This document shows positions 25,626 through 39,529 of a stretch of DNA of 64,000 bases, one piece after another. Under the pieces are notes generated by a model that was given only the letters and a program-made list of their open reading frames with translations, was not told the origin of the DNA and searched no databases. The first letter of the stretch is position 1. The number at the start of each line of letters is the position of its first letter. The position numbers and the translations under genes are program-made. This stretch comes from a virus. The stretch covers positions 32,001 through 96,000 of IMG/VR virus record IMGVR_UViG_3300042691_008788, one strand, 5' to 3'.

Positions 25626-27131
25626 TTACTCAAAATATCCATCAAAAGAAACGCTTCCACGCAACACTAATGTGTTGCCCGTTACGGTTCCAAATGGACG
25701 CACTATCAAATTAATGAAGTGACCCGCAGGAATAACAAGTGGAGATGTAAATTCCATGTTAAATCCTGGTTTATGGGCACCAGCCGCATCAGTTGCCAAA
25801 AACCCATGACCGCCGATTACAATGGATTTACCAGATACAGTTGTTGCCGAATCTGATGTATTGGTTGCGGAGGCACTTGAGCCAACAGTGACAATATATG
25901 ATATAAAAATAGGGTTGGTTGAGGCTCCTACCGATGGAACAGTATCTCCAATGCGAACACCTGTGATGTATAGGGTTTTGCCTGGTCGTGCAGCAGTTCC
26001 TATCGGATTCTGAAATGCAAACACTGGATAATCTGCATCGGATGTCAGAGTAGAAATAGCAGGAGATGTCCACAGACCACCAAGGTTATTGAGAGCAGGA
26101 GCAGATGTTGCCGTCCATGTACCCGCAGTACGAGCAGTCGCACTTGCTGGATGTCCTGTAGAAGCAGAAGCGCGAGTCACCGTTGGTCCTGGAGTGTTTC
26201 CAACATGTAGATGATATGATCCACCACCACTTCCCACCATTGCATGTGACCAAGGCTTATCTGTGTTCTGATCACCAAATCCAACATTCACACATCCAAC
26301 ATTGATTTGTCTGATAGTAGATGGGACTGCGGTATTTACCGTTCTGAATCCGACAGGCAAAGCCGATGCGTTAGAAAACTGTGACTGCGATGATGGACAC
26401 CTAATGCTTCCTACGAGTACATCATTGATCCAAAATTTCACAATATTGTTGTCAACAACAATGAGGTAGTGATTTATTTCCTCCTCTTTAAATAAACCGT
26501 AACCATCTCGGGAAGGAACATTTCTTGTATCTAATGTTATTTCTGTAATATCAATTTGGTTGCTTGTAATGATACCTTTCAGTTGACCACCTGAAATGCA
26601 TCTGAAAAAGATTCCATCAATGGGTTGTTGTGTGGCTTGATTCAAGAGGTACAACAATCCCCATTCACTGATGGCATTCACCGCCAGAGGACCACCTATG
26701 GAAATCCACATGTCCACATAGATGGGATAAGTTCCGAATGTAGGAAAAGTTCTCCATGTCCTCACATATGCAGCAGCACCGCTTGTAATCATCGCAGCAA
26801 TCGCAGCAGAATTGACCGTGAGAACTCCGTTAGCCTGTACAGAACCAGTGGTTGTTGCAAAAGAATAGAAATGTGTAGTGAGTATTACGCTTCCTTCAAA
26901 TGTCGCATTGAAGACAGTTTGGTCCGATCCCACGCGAACGCGATAGTCATCAGAGGACTCAATGGCTTTTAAATCACGGGAGCCAAGAATGCTTCCCGCA
27001 TCTATTTCTGTACTCAAACTAGCAAATCCAGCACTTATTTCAGTCTGTGGTGTCACCACCTTGAGTTGGTGATATGCATCTATATCCACCAAGTCATTTG
27101 AACGGTTTCCATTCGTAATCTTCACACTCAT
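25626..27131 (-). CDS. Virion structural/tail-associated protein, paralog of 27433-28929
   Basis: Colinear with that gene over the full length (LQVVTPQTE ... GYFE). Confidence 0.75.
   Translation of the reverse strand: MSVKITNGNRSNDLVDIDAYHQLKVVTPQTEISAGFASLSTEIDAGSILGSRDLKAIESSDDYRVRVGSDQTVFNATFEGSVILTTHFYSFATTTGSVQANGVLTVNSAAIAAMITSGAAAYVRTWRTFPTFGTYPIYVDMWISIGGPLAVNAISEWGLLYLLNQATQQPIDGIFFRCISGGQLKGIITSNQIDITEITLDTRNVPSRDGYGLFKEEEINHYLIVVDNNIVKFWINDVLVGSIRCPSSQSQFSNASALPVGFRTVNTAVPSTIRQINVGCVNVGFGDQNTDKPWSHAMVGSGGGSYHLHVGNTPGPTVTRASASTGHPASATARTAGTWTATSAPALNNLGGLWTSPAISTLTSDADYPVFAFQNPIGTAARPGKTLYITGVRIGDTVPSVGASTNPIFISYIVTVGSSASATNTSDSATTVSGKSIVIGGHGFLATDAAGAHKPGFNMEFTSPLVIPAGHFINLIVRPFGTVTGNTLVLRGSVSFDGYFE
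26003..26212. repeat. Near-identical segment shared with 27810-28019
   Basis: 88 nt identical (26003-26090 = 27810-27897), then further long identical runs; offset 1807. Confidence 0.9.
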
Positions 27132-27148
27132 CTTATAGTCCTCTCCAT

Positions 27149-27433
27149 TCAGATTGCATCAATAGTAGCAAAAGAAAACTCAACTTGAGTCTTTACATAC
27201 GCATATGCATCAGCAACGGTAAATCCCGATGGGAAAACTGTTGGCATATCTGTGGGTTGAACTGTGTATGTAATCTGTCGTAACACTTCACACTCCCGTC
27301 CACGGGCAGTTTCATCATAATATCCATCTAGTCTTATGGTGCAAGACCCGTTTATATTAAAAGTAACCGCAGCAATTTTCCAGTACAAAGCGGGAACACC
27401 GTGTGGAGTTTGTACAATTTGTATAAGTGCCAT
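27149..27433 (-). CDS. Small tail-fibre-associated protein
   Basis: MALIQ.V.T.HGV...YWKI ... AYAYVKTQ.EF..A type found beside tail-fibre genes. Confidence 0.6.
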   Translation of the reverse strand: MALIQIVQTPHGVPALYWKIAAVTFNINGSCTIRLDGYYDETARGRECEVLRQITYTVQPTDMPTVFPSGFTVADAYAYVKTQVEFSFATIDAI

Positions 27434-28929
27434 TATTCAAAATATCCGTTTACTGCAAGGCTACTTGTAACTACAAGAGTATTGCTTGCTACTGTTCCAA
27501 ATGGACGCACAACGAAGTGAAAATAGTGTCCTGCGGGAACCATTAAAGGAGAATCAAACCGCACTTCAAATCCAGGTTTATAGTTTCCCACGACTTCAGT
27601 TGCCAAAAACCCATGTCCACCCACCGTGATGGATTTTCCCGATACAGTTGTTGCGGAATCTGCTGTGCTTGTGGCAACCGCACTGTTGCCAACCATAACA
27701 ATGTATGATAGAAAAATAGCGTTGGTTGAAGCCACAGTGGAAACATATGCTTCTCCAACACGAATACCTGTGATGTATAAAGTCTTTCCTGGAAGTGTCT
27801 GAGTTCCTGTCGGATTCTGAAATGCAAACACTGGATAATCTGCATCGGATGTCAGAGTAGAAATAGCAGGAGATGTCCACAGACCACCAAGGTTATTTAA
27901 TGCTGGTGCAGATGTTGCCGTCCATGTACCCGCAGTACGACCAGTCGCACTTGCTGGATGTCCAAATGTTGCACCAGCGCGAGTCACCGTTGGTCCTGGA
28001 GTGTTTCCATTTGCAAACTGATATGCTCCGTTACCCAAACCACACAGAACATGCGTCCAAGGCTTGTTTGTATTCTGATCACCAAATCCAACATTCACAT
28101 AACCAATGGAAAGTTGACGAGCAGAAGATGCTGCACCCGTATTTACTACACGGAATCCAACAGGATTACCAGATGATGCGGAGAACTGTGCCTGTGCAGC
28201 AGGACATGGAATTTCGGCAACAAGCACATCATTAATCCAAAAGCGGACTATGTCATTGTGGAATACAAGCAGATAGTGATTGGATTCAGTTGGATCAAAT
28301 GTGCCAACACCGTCTCGCGCAGGAACATTTGTCGTGGTGATGGTGACATCAGCAACATCTACAGAGTTATTAGTAACGATTGCCTTCAAAGTACCACCAG
28401 AAGTACGACGGAAGAAAATACCGTCAATGGGTTGTTGTGTGGCTTGTGCCGTGAGGTACAACAATCCCCATTCGCTTATTGCATTTGTGGCAGTGACATT
28501 GGCTTCACGAATCCACATGTCCACATAGGTGGGATAGGTTCCAAATGTTGAGAAATGCCTGTGTGAACGAACATAAGCAGCGTGACCTGTTGTGGTCGAT
28601 GTTCCATTGTTTAGCACCATGAATCCTGTGGCTTGTGCAGTTGTCATCGATGTGAGCAACTGACTCCATGTGGTTGTGAGGATGGTGGTACCTTCAAAGG
28701 TTGTATTGAACATTGTCTGGTCAATACCGACACGAAGACGATAGTCATCAGAGCATTCGGGGGGAATGACAGTACGAGTTCCCAATACATCACCACTATC
28801 CACTTCCGTACTCAACTGTACAAATCCTGCATTCTCCTCGGTCTGAGGAGTTACCACTTGCAATTCGTATGTTGCACTCACATTTGCAAGCCCTGCTGAA
28901 TTGTTTCCGCCCTTAATATTCACAGCCAT
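27433..28929 (-). CDS. Virion structural/tail-associated protein with a lectin-like beta domain
   Basis: Thr/Gly-rich; VRFWINDVLVA; AAGGAGA RBS; in the tail-fibre operon. Confidence 0.75.
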   Translation of the reverse strand: MAVNIKGGNNSAGLANVSATYELQVVTPQTEENAGFVQLSTEVDSGDVLGTRTVIPPECSDDYRLRVGIDQTMFNTTFEGTTILTTTWSQLLTSMTTAQATGFMVLNNGTSTTTGHAAYVRSHRHFSTFGTYPTYVDMWIREANVTATNAISEWGLLYLTAQATQQPIDGIFFRRTSGGTLKAIVTNNSVDVADVTITTTNVPARDGVGTFDPTESNHYLLVFHNDIVRFWINDVLVAEIPCPAAQAQFSASSGNPVGFRVVNTGAASSARQLSIGYVNVGFGDQNTNKPWTHVLCGLGNGAYQFANGNTPGPTVTRAGATFGHPASATGRTAGTWTATSAPALNNLGGLWTSPAISTLTSDADYPVFAFQNPTGTQTLPGKTLYITGIRVGEAYVSTVASTNAIFLSYIVMVGNSAVATSTADSATTVSGKSITVGGHGFLATEVVGNYKPGFEVRFDSPLMVPAGHYFHFVVRPFGTVASNTLVVTSSLAVNGYFE

Positions 28930-28941
28930 CTTTTATCTCCT

Positions 28942-32163
<3,222 letters not shown>

Positions 32164-32168
32164 TTATC

Positions 32169-32387
32169 CTAGAAAAGTCCACCGTCCAGCACAGATGGAA
32201 ATGATCCTGTCGCACCTGTTGCTCCCTGTGGTCCTGTAGCACCCGTTGATCCTTGGGGTCCAGTTGCACCAAGGTATCCAGTAGCAGTTGATACTTTGTC
32301 CCAAGCAGAGCCATTCCATGCCCATGTGATGTTTCCATACACATAGGTCTGATTGAGTGAGGGGCTGTTGGGAAAGTTTATCGACAT
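32169..32387 (-). CDS. Small collagen-containing virion protein
   Basis: INFPNSPSLNQTY..GNITWAWNGSAW, GATGPQG repeats, LDGGLF. Confidence 0.75.
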   Translation of the reverse strand: MSINFPNSPSLNQTYVYGNITWAWNGSAWDKVSTATGYLGATGPQGSTGATGPQGATGATGSFPSVLDGGLF

Positions 32388-33622
32388 TAGACTAATTCAA
32401 ACCATGAGAGATCGCAATAAGCATTCAATCCGTCTTCAGTTGGTGTCAATGTGAGAACAAATGTATCGGATACTCCTGTTTGAGTTCTCCCGAGTTGGAA
32501 GTTGAAATCATTTATATTCGAAATATCAAGTGATCCGCTGCTGCTGATGTATCCGCCGATGATATCGGTTCCACCAGTGACTTCTGTTGCTGTTACATTA
32601 TAATCAACATTTCCATTGAAATGTGTTGACCAGGTATTTCCCGTCAAAGTTGGATTCAGAAGAATCCTGTATTGAACCGTGACTGGCTTGTTGTTTGTTC
32701 CTGGCTCAAGGACCACGCTTATATTTGAAGGAATGATCACCGAATCAATACGATTTGGATTCAGCCTTATCGCCATCATGGGATACTGAACATCCTGAGT
32801 TGTAAGGGTGGTGGGATTTGAACCATTCTTGGTGATGTTATATCGTCTGCTGAATCCTTCGTATCCACCTTCACTCATGACCGTGGTGCATATTTGGTGC
32901 AATGTACTTCCACTTGCCTGTGCCGTCTTGTTCTCAAGTTCATATCTGCAAGGAAGGACTGCCGTTGTCATGTATGTCGTTGGATGCACATTGTCGTTGT
33001 GGAATGTGTGTGCCACCACAGGTTTTCCATCAACGAAGAATCCTGTACGCACATCACCAACACCGAGCCATTCAATGTCCGTCCAGAAGATGTTTCCCTT
33101 GGTGATATCAATCGTTCTACCCGATGTTCCGCTTCCATCGAACACATCTCCATTCCAAGATGATTGCTCCACTTTTGTGATCGTATTCAATGACTGACTT
33201 GCAAGGCATATGGATAGGGTTAGTCCATCCTGCTGCAAGTAGACTCCATTGGCAGGAGTTCCAAATGTTGCTCCACCAGAGATGCCAAAGTATCCAACTC
33301 TCTGTAGCAATCCATCCTTTGGTTGGTTCATTGCGAATGTGTTGATCACCAACAGGGACTTTCCTGGCTGATATGCAAATACGCGCTTAGTCTCTCTAGT
33401 GACTTTGCTACCCGCCGTTGTCCCAACAGAAAGAAGTACAGCACTTTCATTCACCGCATATGTGGCAGTTCCACCAGTGACACCAAAGGTATCCCACTTG
33501 TCATTCGCCTGATATCTGTGCTGTGAATCGAAGAGTGTGAATGGCTGAGACACCTTGAGGCGATTGAAGCCATCTACCGCATTCGGAACGAATCCAACCT
33601 GATTGTTGAAAAGATAACTCAT
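32387..33622 (-). CDS. Conserved T4-like virion structural protein
   Basis: DGFNRLKVSQPFTLFDSQHRY, YQPGKS, DIEWLGVGDVR, CTTVMSEGG; ATGA overlap with the upstream gene. Confidence 0.8.
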   Translation of the reverse strand: MSYLFNNQVGFVPNAVDGFNRLKVSQPFTLFDSQHRYQANDKWDTFGVTGGTATYAVNESAVLLSVGTTAGSKVTRETKRVFAYQPGKSLLVINTFAMNQPKDGLLQRVGYFGISGGATFGTPANGVYLQQDGLTLSICLASQSLNTITKVEQSSWNGDVFDGSGTSGRTIDITKGNIFWTDIEWLGVGDVRTGFFVDGKPVVAHTFHNDNVHPTTYMTTAVLPCRYELENKTAQASGSTLHQICTTVMSEGGYEGFSRRYNITKNGSNPTTLTTQDVQYPMMAIRLNPNRIDSVIIPSNISVVLEPGTNNKPVTVQYRILLNPTLTGNTWSTHFNGNVDYNVTATEVTGGTDIIGGYISSSGSLDISNINDFNFQLGRTQTGVSDTFVLTLTPTEDGLNAYCDLSWFELV

Positions 33623-35214
33623 ATGATTCTCCATCCATTCCTATAGATCATCTGTATGGCTCCATTGTTCAGATTGAGTATCGCGCTGCTCTGATTGTCG
33701 ATGTAGTGCCCAGTAGAACCTTGTATCGTGATTTGCCTATGCACTCCATCACCAGCATGACCGCTCTCGTCTTTCACCACCATCTCCTTGCCGTTGACTA
33801 TGTTGCCAGGAAGTATGACAGTCACAGGACCAGCATAACTCACACCGATGTAGTAGTCATTTGGAGAGGCATAATAGGTAGCACCCGTGATTCCTGTGGT
33901 GTTGTAGACCGCATTCAATGCACCATTGCCTATGAAGTCAACCCATATGATTCCAGAGTCGTCTGTAACGGCATGGTAGAGAAGACCAGCATCGGTATCG
34001 AACCACATGTCTCCTGCGGACATGCCAGTGGGAGCATTGTCCTGCTCATAGAAGTGAACGGTTCCCGATCCACCACCACCCGTGATGTTGACGATGACAC
34101 CGCCACCAGACTGAGTTACTGACACCCCGCTACCACGGAAGTCGATGTCATTGATGGTGGAGCGAATGTACTTGCCATTCAACTTTACACCAACGCCACC
34201 ACCCGATGCAGCAAGCCAATCCAACTTGGACAAGTCGAAGTTCTTGTTTGCAAGCGGAGCAAAGATGTGCTGCAACTTCTCAAGAAGGTTCTTGCTGTCA
34301 AGGGTGACTATCTTCTTTGTCTTGTCATAGACAAGTGGGTATTGAACATCGATGATGGCATCTTCACCAGCATCACCCTTTTCACCCTTGTCGCCTTTGT
34401 CTCCCTTAAGACCTTGAGTACCGACATCACCACGAAGACCCTGCGGACCTACTTCGCCCCTCTCGCCTTTCTCGCCCTTTGGACCTTGGAGTCCCTGCGG
34501 ACCCCTTTCTCCTTTTTGACCTTTGATGCCGCGTTCGCCCCGTTCTCCTTGGAGTCCTCTTTCTCCCCGCTCTCCTTGGAGTCCTTGCGGTCCTTGTGGA
34601 CCGACTTCTCCTTGGTCGCCCTTTTCGCCTTTTTGACCTTGGTCGCCTTTTGGTCCTTGTTCTCCTCTTTCTCCTTGGAGTCCTTGTTCCCCCCGCTCAC
34701 CTCTTGGACCAGGCTCGCCAGTATCTCCCTTTTCGCCTTTCTCGCCGCGTTCTCCCTGCGGCCCCTGTTGTCCCTGCGGCCCAACTGGACCTCTTTCTCC
34801 AGGGAAGCCAGTATAGCCTCGTTCTCCGCGCTCACCTTTTTCCCCCTTTGTACTCGGTATTCCACCAGTTGCTTTACTTTGTTCCGTAATCGCTTCAGGC
34901 TTTTCTTTCCGAGTCTTCTGCTCATGGGGCTTCTCCTTTGGAATACTCCTCTCCACAAGTGAGAACATCATGTCTATCTTCAGGGGATCTCCCTTGAGGA
35001 TAACATGTCCGACATCTTCATTGAAGAGACAGAGTCTACAACTGCCTTCACCTTTTTTGTAGATCGCGGGGAACACGGCTTCCGATTCGGAAACCACGGA
35101 GAACTGCATTCCACGCGGGACATCCTTTAGGTTGGCTGTCAACGAGAAAACATCGCCAAGTTGTCCCTTGGAGATGCTTCCTGAGCCAATGAAGCCGCTA
35201 AAGTTGTCTTGCAT
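33619..35214 (-). CDS. Collagen triple-helix protein (fibre/whisker-like)
   Basis: Long G-X-Y tract (GERGEKGDQG...); GDMWFDTD and DYYIGV/VKDESG fibre motifs; ATAAATA at 35237-35243. Confidence 0.85.
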   Translation of the reverse strand: MQDNFSGFIGSGSISKGQLGDVFSLTANLKDVPRGMQFSVVSESEAVFPAIYKKGEGSCRLCLFNEDVGHVILKGDPLKIDMMFSLVERSIPKEKPHEQKTRKEKPEAITEQSKATGGIPSTKGEKGERGERGYTGFPGERGPVGPQGQQGPQGERGEKGEKGDTGEPGPRGERGEQGLQGERGEQGPKGDQGQKGEKGDQGEVGPQGPQGLQGERGERGLQGERGERGIKGQKGERGPQGLQGPKGEKGERGEVGPQGLRGDVGTQGLKGDKGDKGEKGDAGEDAIIDVQYPLVYDKTKKIVTLDSKNLLEKLQHIFAPLANKNFDLSKLDWLAASGGGVGVKLNGKYIRSTINDIDFRGSGVSVTQSGGGVIVNITGGGGSGTVHFYEQDNAPTGMSAGDMWFDTDAGLLYHAVTDDSGIIWVDFIGNGALNAVYNTTGITGATYYASPNDYYIGVSYAGPVTVILPGNIVNGKEMVVKDESGHAGDGVHRQITIQGSTGHYIDNQSSAILNLNNGAIQMIYRNGWRII

Positions 35215-35239
35215 CCTATGGAAAACCCTCTCGTCCTAT

Positions 35240-35929
35240 TTATGAAAACTCACGAAGAGCCTTCCAAGAATAGGGGAAGAAGGGTTCCACAATGTCAGAA
35301 ATGGCCTTGGCATACTCCCTGACCTCCCATTGGGCATGGGAATCCGATCTCAACTTGCAGACACGGGCATAGGCAGATAGAGATCCCGTCCACCACCACT
35401 CCGTATAGGTTCCCTGTGGGAGGGCAAACCTTGCCTGTTCTGGTGCCACTCCCGCGCTCAGAAGATCCCTGTAGGTATCAAGGGCATCATCACAGGCATT
35501 TCTGTAAGTCTCATCCTGCATGGTCGTGCCTACCATGAAATCAGAACTTCCCTGCTTGGCTCCATCGGTCGGAGCGGATCTCCATGTCGGCACATAGTAC
35601 TCAGGATCGTCCTTCACATAACGGCGGGACACTTCATTCTCAACGAATCCAACCTTGTGCTTGAAAAGTTGGGTGCGGATTGAGATGGGTGCCTTGATAT
35701 GGAGACATATCTGAGGATGGGCGAACGGAGTCCAGTGCTTGTGTTTGGAAAGGTAGTTTATAAGTTTCTCATCTTTGTCTGTGAACTGAGAAACTTCCTT
35801 GGCAAAGGACACTCGCGCTGCATTGACCACCATGAGATCACTTCCCATGTGGTCGATGTACCTCACGAATCCCTTGTCGAGGACATCAATCTTCTTGTCC
35901 GTCTGCCGTACATCCTGTGTTGTCAACAT
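35240..35929 (-). CDS. thyX: Flavin-dependent thymidylate synthase
   Basis: VVNAARVSF, HWTPF, QLFKHK...NEVSRRY, PEQARF.LPQ, HAQWE. Confidence 0.95.
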   Translation of the reverse strand: MLTTQDVRQTDKKIDVLDKGFVRYIDHMGSDLMVVNAARVSFAKEVSQFTDKDEKLINYLSKHKHWTPFAHPQICLHIKAPISIRTQLFKHKVGFVENEVSRRYVKDDPEYYVPTWRSAPTDGAKQGSSDFMVGTTMQDETYRNACDDALDTYRDLLSAGVAPEQARFALPQGTYTEWWWTGSLSAYARVCKLRSDSHAQWEVREYAKAISDIVEPFFPYSWKALREFS

Positions 35930-36113
35930 ATGTAAATTCCACTCCCTCCACATCTGTGAATGTCTTTGAATAATCAACAGCCCTCTTCCAAAGTTCAGGA
36001 TTCATCTCACGAATATATTCCTGAAAATGATGTGTGAACTGGAGGAATGCCTGAGTTATCTTCTCGGCTTCCTCATGGTCGATGTCATCATCTAGATCGT
36101 CACTTTCTTCCAT
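35886..36113 (-). CDS. Small acidic hypothetical protein
   Basis: ORF between primase and thyX. Confidence 0.6.
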   Translation of the reverse strand: MEESDDLDDDIDHEEAEKITQAFLQFTHHFQEYIREMNPELWKRAVDYSKTFTDVEGVEFTYVDNTGCTADGQED

Positions 36114-37150
36114 TTAGCAAACCTCAGTTTCGCTTCAGCACCGCTGCATGTGCCTTGTTTGATGGCCTTCATGATGGAAGGGATGTCTATTCCCGCCATC
36201 ACCATGTCATTGATGTCCTTGTGTGTCATGGATGAATCCCATATCACCACATCGTGTCCAAGATCGATGTGCTTCTTCAACTGAGTGATGACAGCGACAT
36301 TCCTCGGCTCGTTATCTATGCAGAAAATCAGTTTTCTTCCCTGCAAAGGCTTTGGAATATTTGAACCATCATTGATTCCGATCATTGCAACTGCATTTGG
36401 AATGAATAGTGAATCAAGCGGACCTTCAAAGACATAGACAACTCCATCCTTGTCCAATCGCTCCATTCCATACCACAACTTCTCAATGGTCTTGTCTCCC
36501 TTGAGAGTGATGTAACGGGCTGTCCTTCGTGCATTCCTGTCATCCTGAACTGACAATGCTCGACCCTGAGCCGCTACCATGTTTCCATGCTTGTCAAAGA
36601 TAGGAATGACAAGGCGCGGTACAGCCTCAAGTCTAACATCGGGATCAACCAATCTTGACCATTGACCAAAGTCCTGAGCATAATAGAGTATGTCCCAATG
36701 CTTCTGTGGAATCTTTCTGAGTTCAATGAACTGGCGACACTTGTGGTTATCTGGTAGTTCAGAGACTTTCTGTAGTTCATCTAGTGGTGAACCTTTCTTT
36801 GCTTCGAAGGGCTTCTTGAATAGCCCGAACATCTCATCCTCCTTGGGTTTGGTGTAGTTGCAATGGCCTGTGTCTCCATTCCTCCACCGCTCAAGGGAGT
36901 ATTCCTTGCACATTGCGGGGGCGAACATCTCAAGAAACTTGTACATCGTGTGACTCGCACCACAGTTGTGACATCTGTAGTACATGTCGTTCTGCTTCTG
37001 ATAGAAATACCCACGCGCCTTTGCCTTGTTTTTCTTGGAGTCTCCGCACAGGGGACACCGAAAATTCGCAAGATCTTGTTTCTTCCAAGCGAATCTTTCG
37101 AGTCTAGGGGAGAGCAAGTTTATGTACTTCTTGTCGATGAATAGAGACAT
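36092..37150 (-). CDS. 61: DNA primase gp61
   Basis: NFRCPLCGDS..CHNCG zinc finger; EGPLDSLF; DNEPRN; KDINDM. Confidence 0.96.
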   Translation of the reverse strand: MSLFIDKKYINLLSPRLERFAWKKQDLANFRCPLCGDSKKNKAKARGYFYQKQNDMYYRCHNCGASHTMYKFLEMFAPAMCKEYSLERWRNGDTGHCNYTKPKEDEMFGLFKKPFEAKKGSPLDELQKVSELPDNHKCRQFIELRKIPQKHWDILYYAQDFGQWSRLVDPDVRLEAVPRLVIPIFDKHGNMVAAQGRALSVQDDRNARRTARYITLKGDKTIEKLWYGMERLDKDGVVYVFEGPLDSLFIPNAVAMIGINDGSNIPKPLQGRKLIFCIDNEPRNVAVITQLKKHIDLGHDVVIWDSSMTHKDINDMVMAGIDIPSIMKAIKQGTCSGAEAKLRFAKWKKVTI

Positions 37151-38544
37151 CAGTCGAAGTTCCAATCGTCATATTTATCTGCTGCGGAAGGTACTCCGTT
37201 TCGCTTTCCGCCATTCTTAACATTGTCTTCACTATCGTTGAAACCCCTGTCATCCACGACATCGCTGCCGACATCAATGAGTTTCATCTTTGATCTGTCA
37301 ATGCCAATCACGAACTTCTTGTTCCTTGAGACATCATTGTAGCGATTCTTCAACTGCTTGACCATGACCTGACCCTGTTCCTCAAGTTCCTCTGTGGAGA
37401 TGAGGGCAAACATAAGATCGGCTGTGGCGGGAAGACCGAATGATTCTGATGTATTCTCAAGACCAACATCTGAGTTGTTGAACCCACCGCGATTGACCTG
37501 AGTCGCTGAAAAGATGGGAACCTCAAACTCCTGAGCAAGACTACGAATTTCTTCAGCGATTGCCTTGATGAAAGTATAGGAATTCACACTTGCAGACATC
37601 TTCAATCTTGCGGATGCACAGATGTTCAGATAGTCGATGAAGATGATATCTGGTTCAAAGTTCTTCTTGGTCTTGAGATCATTCAACAATGCTCGGAAAT
37701 GGTTTGCATTTGCCGTTGCCGTTGGATACTCCTTGATGATGAGTCTACCCGTGTACTTCTTACGAATCTGCTGCATCTTCTTGTTGTACAAGTCCGCTGG
37801 CAGTGCCTTGAGATCATCCATGGCTAGATCCATGAGGTTTGCATCGATGCGTTCCGCGATCCTCTCCTCTGCCATCTCACAGGTGATGTAGAGAACATCA
37901 AGATTCTGTGTCAAACAGGCAGATGCATGGTGACACATGAATAGAGACTTGCCGACACCCGTACCCGCCATCACGATATTCAAGGTTTTGCGAGGAACAC
38001 CACCATTGGTGATGGTATTGAACTGCTCAATGTCAAATGGAATCTTGTTTTCAACGCGATGATAGAACTCGTACCGCTTGCCGTAGTCTTCGATGTAATC
38101 GTGACCGATGTTGGTATCGAATGACACCGCAAGGGCATCGGATAGCATCTTTGGTAAAGATCCAACATCCTTGTCCTTCGACTTTCCGTCGATGATATGG
38201 ATTGATTCAAGAATTGCATTGTAGAGTGCCTTGTCCTTGCAGAACTTCTCAGTCTGCTCCACAAGCCATTCAAGATCTGGACTCTTTATGTCTTCGAACA
38301 TCTTGTCTAGATTCACGATGCATTGCTTCATCGTCTCGGGTTCGATGTTCGTCTTGGCATCTAGGAGGATTTCCAAGGCACCGCGAGTCGGCATGGAGTT
38401 GTATCGCTGAATATAGTCAGACACCATTCTGAACAAAATCTTGGTGTCCCTATCAGCGAAATAGTCCTCCTTGAGGAAGGGGAGGACTTTTCGGAAGTAC
38501 TGGTCGTTGCGCGTCAGTTCACGCAGGATGGTCAGTTCGATCAT
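37150..38544 (-). CDS. 41: Replicative helicase gp41
   Basis: AGTGVGKS, EMAEERIAERIDAN, IKEYPT, IDYLNIC, SESFGLPATAD, KQLKNRY. Confidence 0.97.
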   Translation of the reverse strand: MIELTILRELTRNDQYFRKVLPFLKEDYFADRDTKILFRMVSDYIQRYNSMPTRGALEILLDAKTNIEPETMKQCIVNLDKMFEDIKSPDLEWLVEQTEKFCKDKALYNAILESIHIIDGKSKDKDVGSLPKMLSDALAVSFDTNIGHDYIEDYGKRYEFYHRVENKIPFDIEQFNTITNGGVPRKTLNIVMAGTGVGKSLFMCHHASACLTQNLDVLYITCEMAEERIAERIDANLMDLAMDDLKALPADLYNKKMQQIRKKYTGRLIIKEYPTATANANHFRALLNDLKTKKNFEPDIIFIDYLNICASARLKMSASVNSYTFIKAIAEEIRSLAQEFEVPIFSATQVNRGGFNNSDVGLENTSESFGLPATADLMFALISTEELEEQGQVMVKQLKNRYNDVSRNKKFVIGIDRSKMKLIDVGSDVVDDRGFNDSEDNVKNGGKRNGVPSAADKYDDWNFD

Positions 38545-38551
38545 GTAGGTA

Positions 38552-38579
38552 AGTATAGTGTGAGATCAAGTGATGTCAA
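38552..38579 (-). promoter_or_regulatory. sigma70-like promoter, probably leaderless gp41 mRNA
   Basis: TTGACA-N16-TATACT, 7 nt before the ATG. Confidence 0.75.
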
Positions 38580-39495
38580 GATTCTTTATCCATTCCTCTA
38601 CAGATATTTTTGGTTCCCACTTAAGTTTGGATGTTATTCTTTGAATGTTTGCCTCTGTGATCTTTGCCTCACCCTGTCTTGGCGGTAGGAATACAAATGG
38701 TTCATTGCTATCCCATCGTTCTTGCATGAGTTCCGCAATCTTTCTGATTGTTATGCTCTTTCCCGTACCAACATTATAAACAGTTCCATTTTGTGGTTCA
38801 TTTGATTCAGCACCAGCAATCAATGCCCTACAAACATCCTCAACATGGATGAAGTCCCTGCTTTGGTGTCCATTGCCCGTGATAGTAAGTGGCTTGCCCT
38901 CTTTTAGAAGTCGCTGAAAGATTCCCATCACAAGAGCATACTGACCCTTCTTTGGCATTCGGTTTCCATAGATGTTGAATCCTCGGAAGCACACAGTGTC
39001 AAGTCCATAGTTCGTAGAGTACATCTTGCAAAGTTGTTCACCGAAATACTTGGAATATGAATATGCATTCAGACAATCAGGAACATCCCATTCGAGATTT
39101 GGAGGTTCGCAGAGTCCATAGATCGCAGAGGTACTCATGAACACCATGCGAGAAGCACACCCATTATCATGTTTTCTACACAAAGAAAGCATTGTTTGTG
39201 TACCCATGACATTTGTTTCCATGCAGCGACTAGGGTCATTCATGCAGTTCTGTATACGAGCCTCTGCTGCAAGATGAAAGACCACATCGGGTCTGTGTCT
39301 TTCAAATACCTCGCTGCACATAACATAATCAGTTATGTCATAGTGGTAGTACATTACATTGGGATTGAAGTAGAACTCATCGTGAGCATCGGATGAAAGA
39401 TTATCGATGCCTACGACTTCATGTCCCTGCTCGACAAGCATATCGACAAGATTGGAGCCGATGAATCCGCAGGAGCCTGTTACTAGGTATTTCAT
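38566..39495 (-). CDS. NAD-dependent nucleotide-sugar epimerase/dehydratase
   Basis: VTGSCGFIG, FHLAA, YSYSK, FNIYG, RDFIHVED. Confidence 0.93.
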   Translation of the reverse strand: MKYLVTGSCGFIGSNLVDMLVEQGHEVVGIDNLSSDAHDEFYFNPNVMYYHYDITDYVMCSEVFERHRPDVVFHLAAEARIQNCMNDPSRCMETNVMGTQTMLSLCRKHDNGCASRMVFMSTSAIYGLCEPPNLEWDVPDCLNAYSYSKYFGEQLCKMYSTNYGLDTVCFRGFNIYGNRMPKKGQYALVMGIFQRLLKEGKPLTITGNGHQSRDFIHVEDVCRALIAGAESNEPQNGTVYNVGTGKSITIRKIAELMQERWDSNEPFVFLPPRQGEAKITEANIQRITSKLKWEPKISVEEWIKNLDIT

Positions 39496-39501
39496 AAAGC
39501 A

Positions 39502-39529
39502 AGTATAGCGCGGGATCAGCGAGAGTCAA
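39502..39529 (-). promoter_or_regulatory. sigma70-like promoter, probably leaderless
   Basis: TTGACT-N16-TATACT, 6 nt before the ATG; the -35 box contains the upstream TGA. Confidence 0.7.

Noticed and set aside
26003-28019. Repeat pair as a DGR template/variable region
   Set aside because: Both copies lie mid-gene in full paralogs, differences are not adenine-specific, and there is no reverse transcriptase in the window
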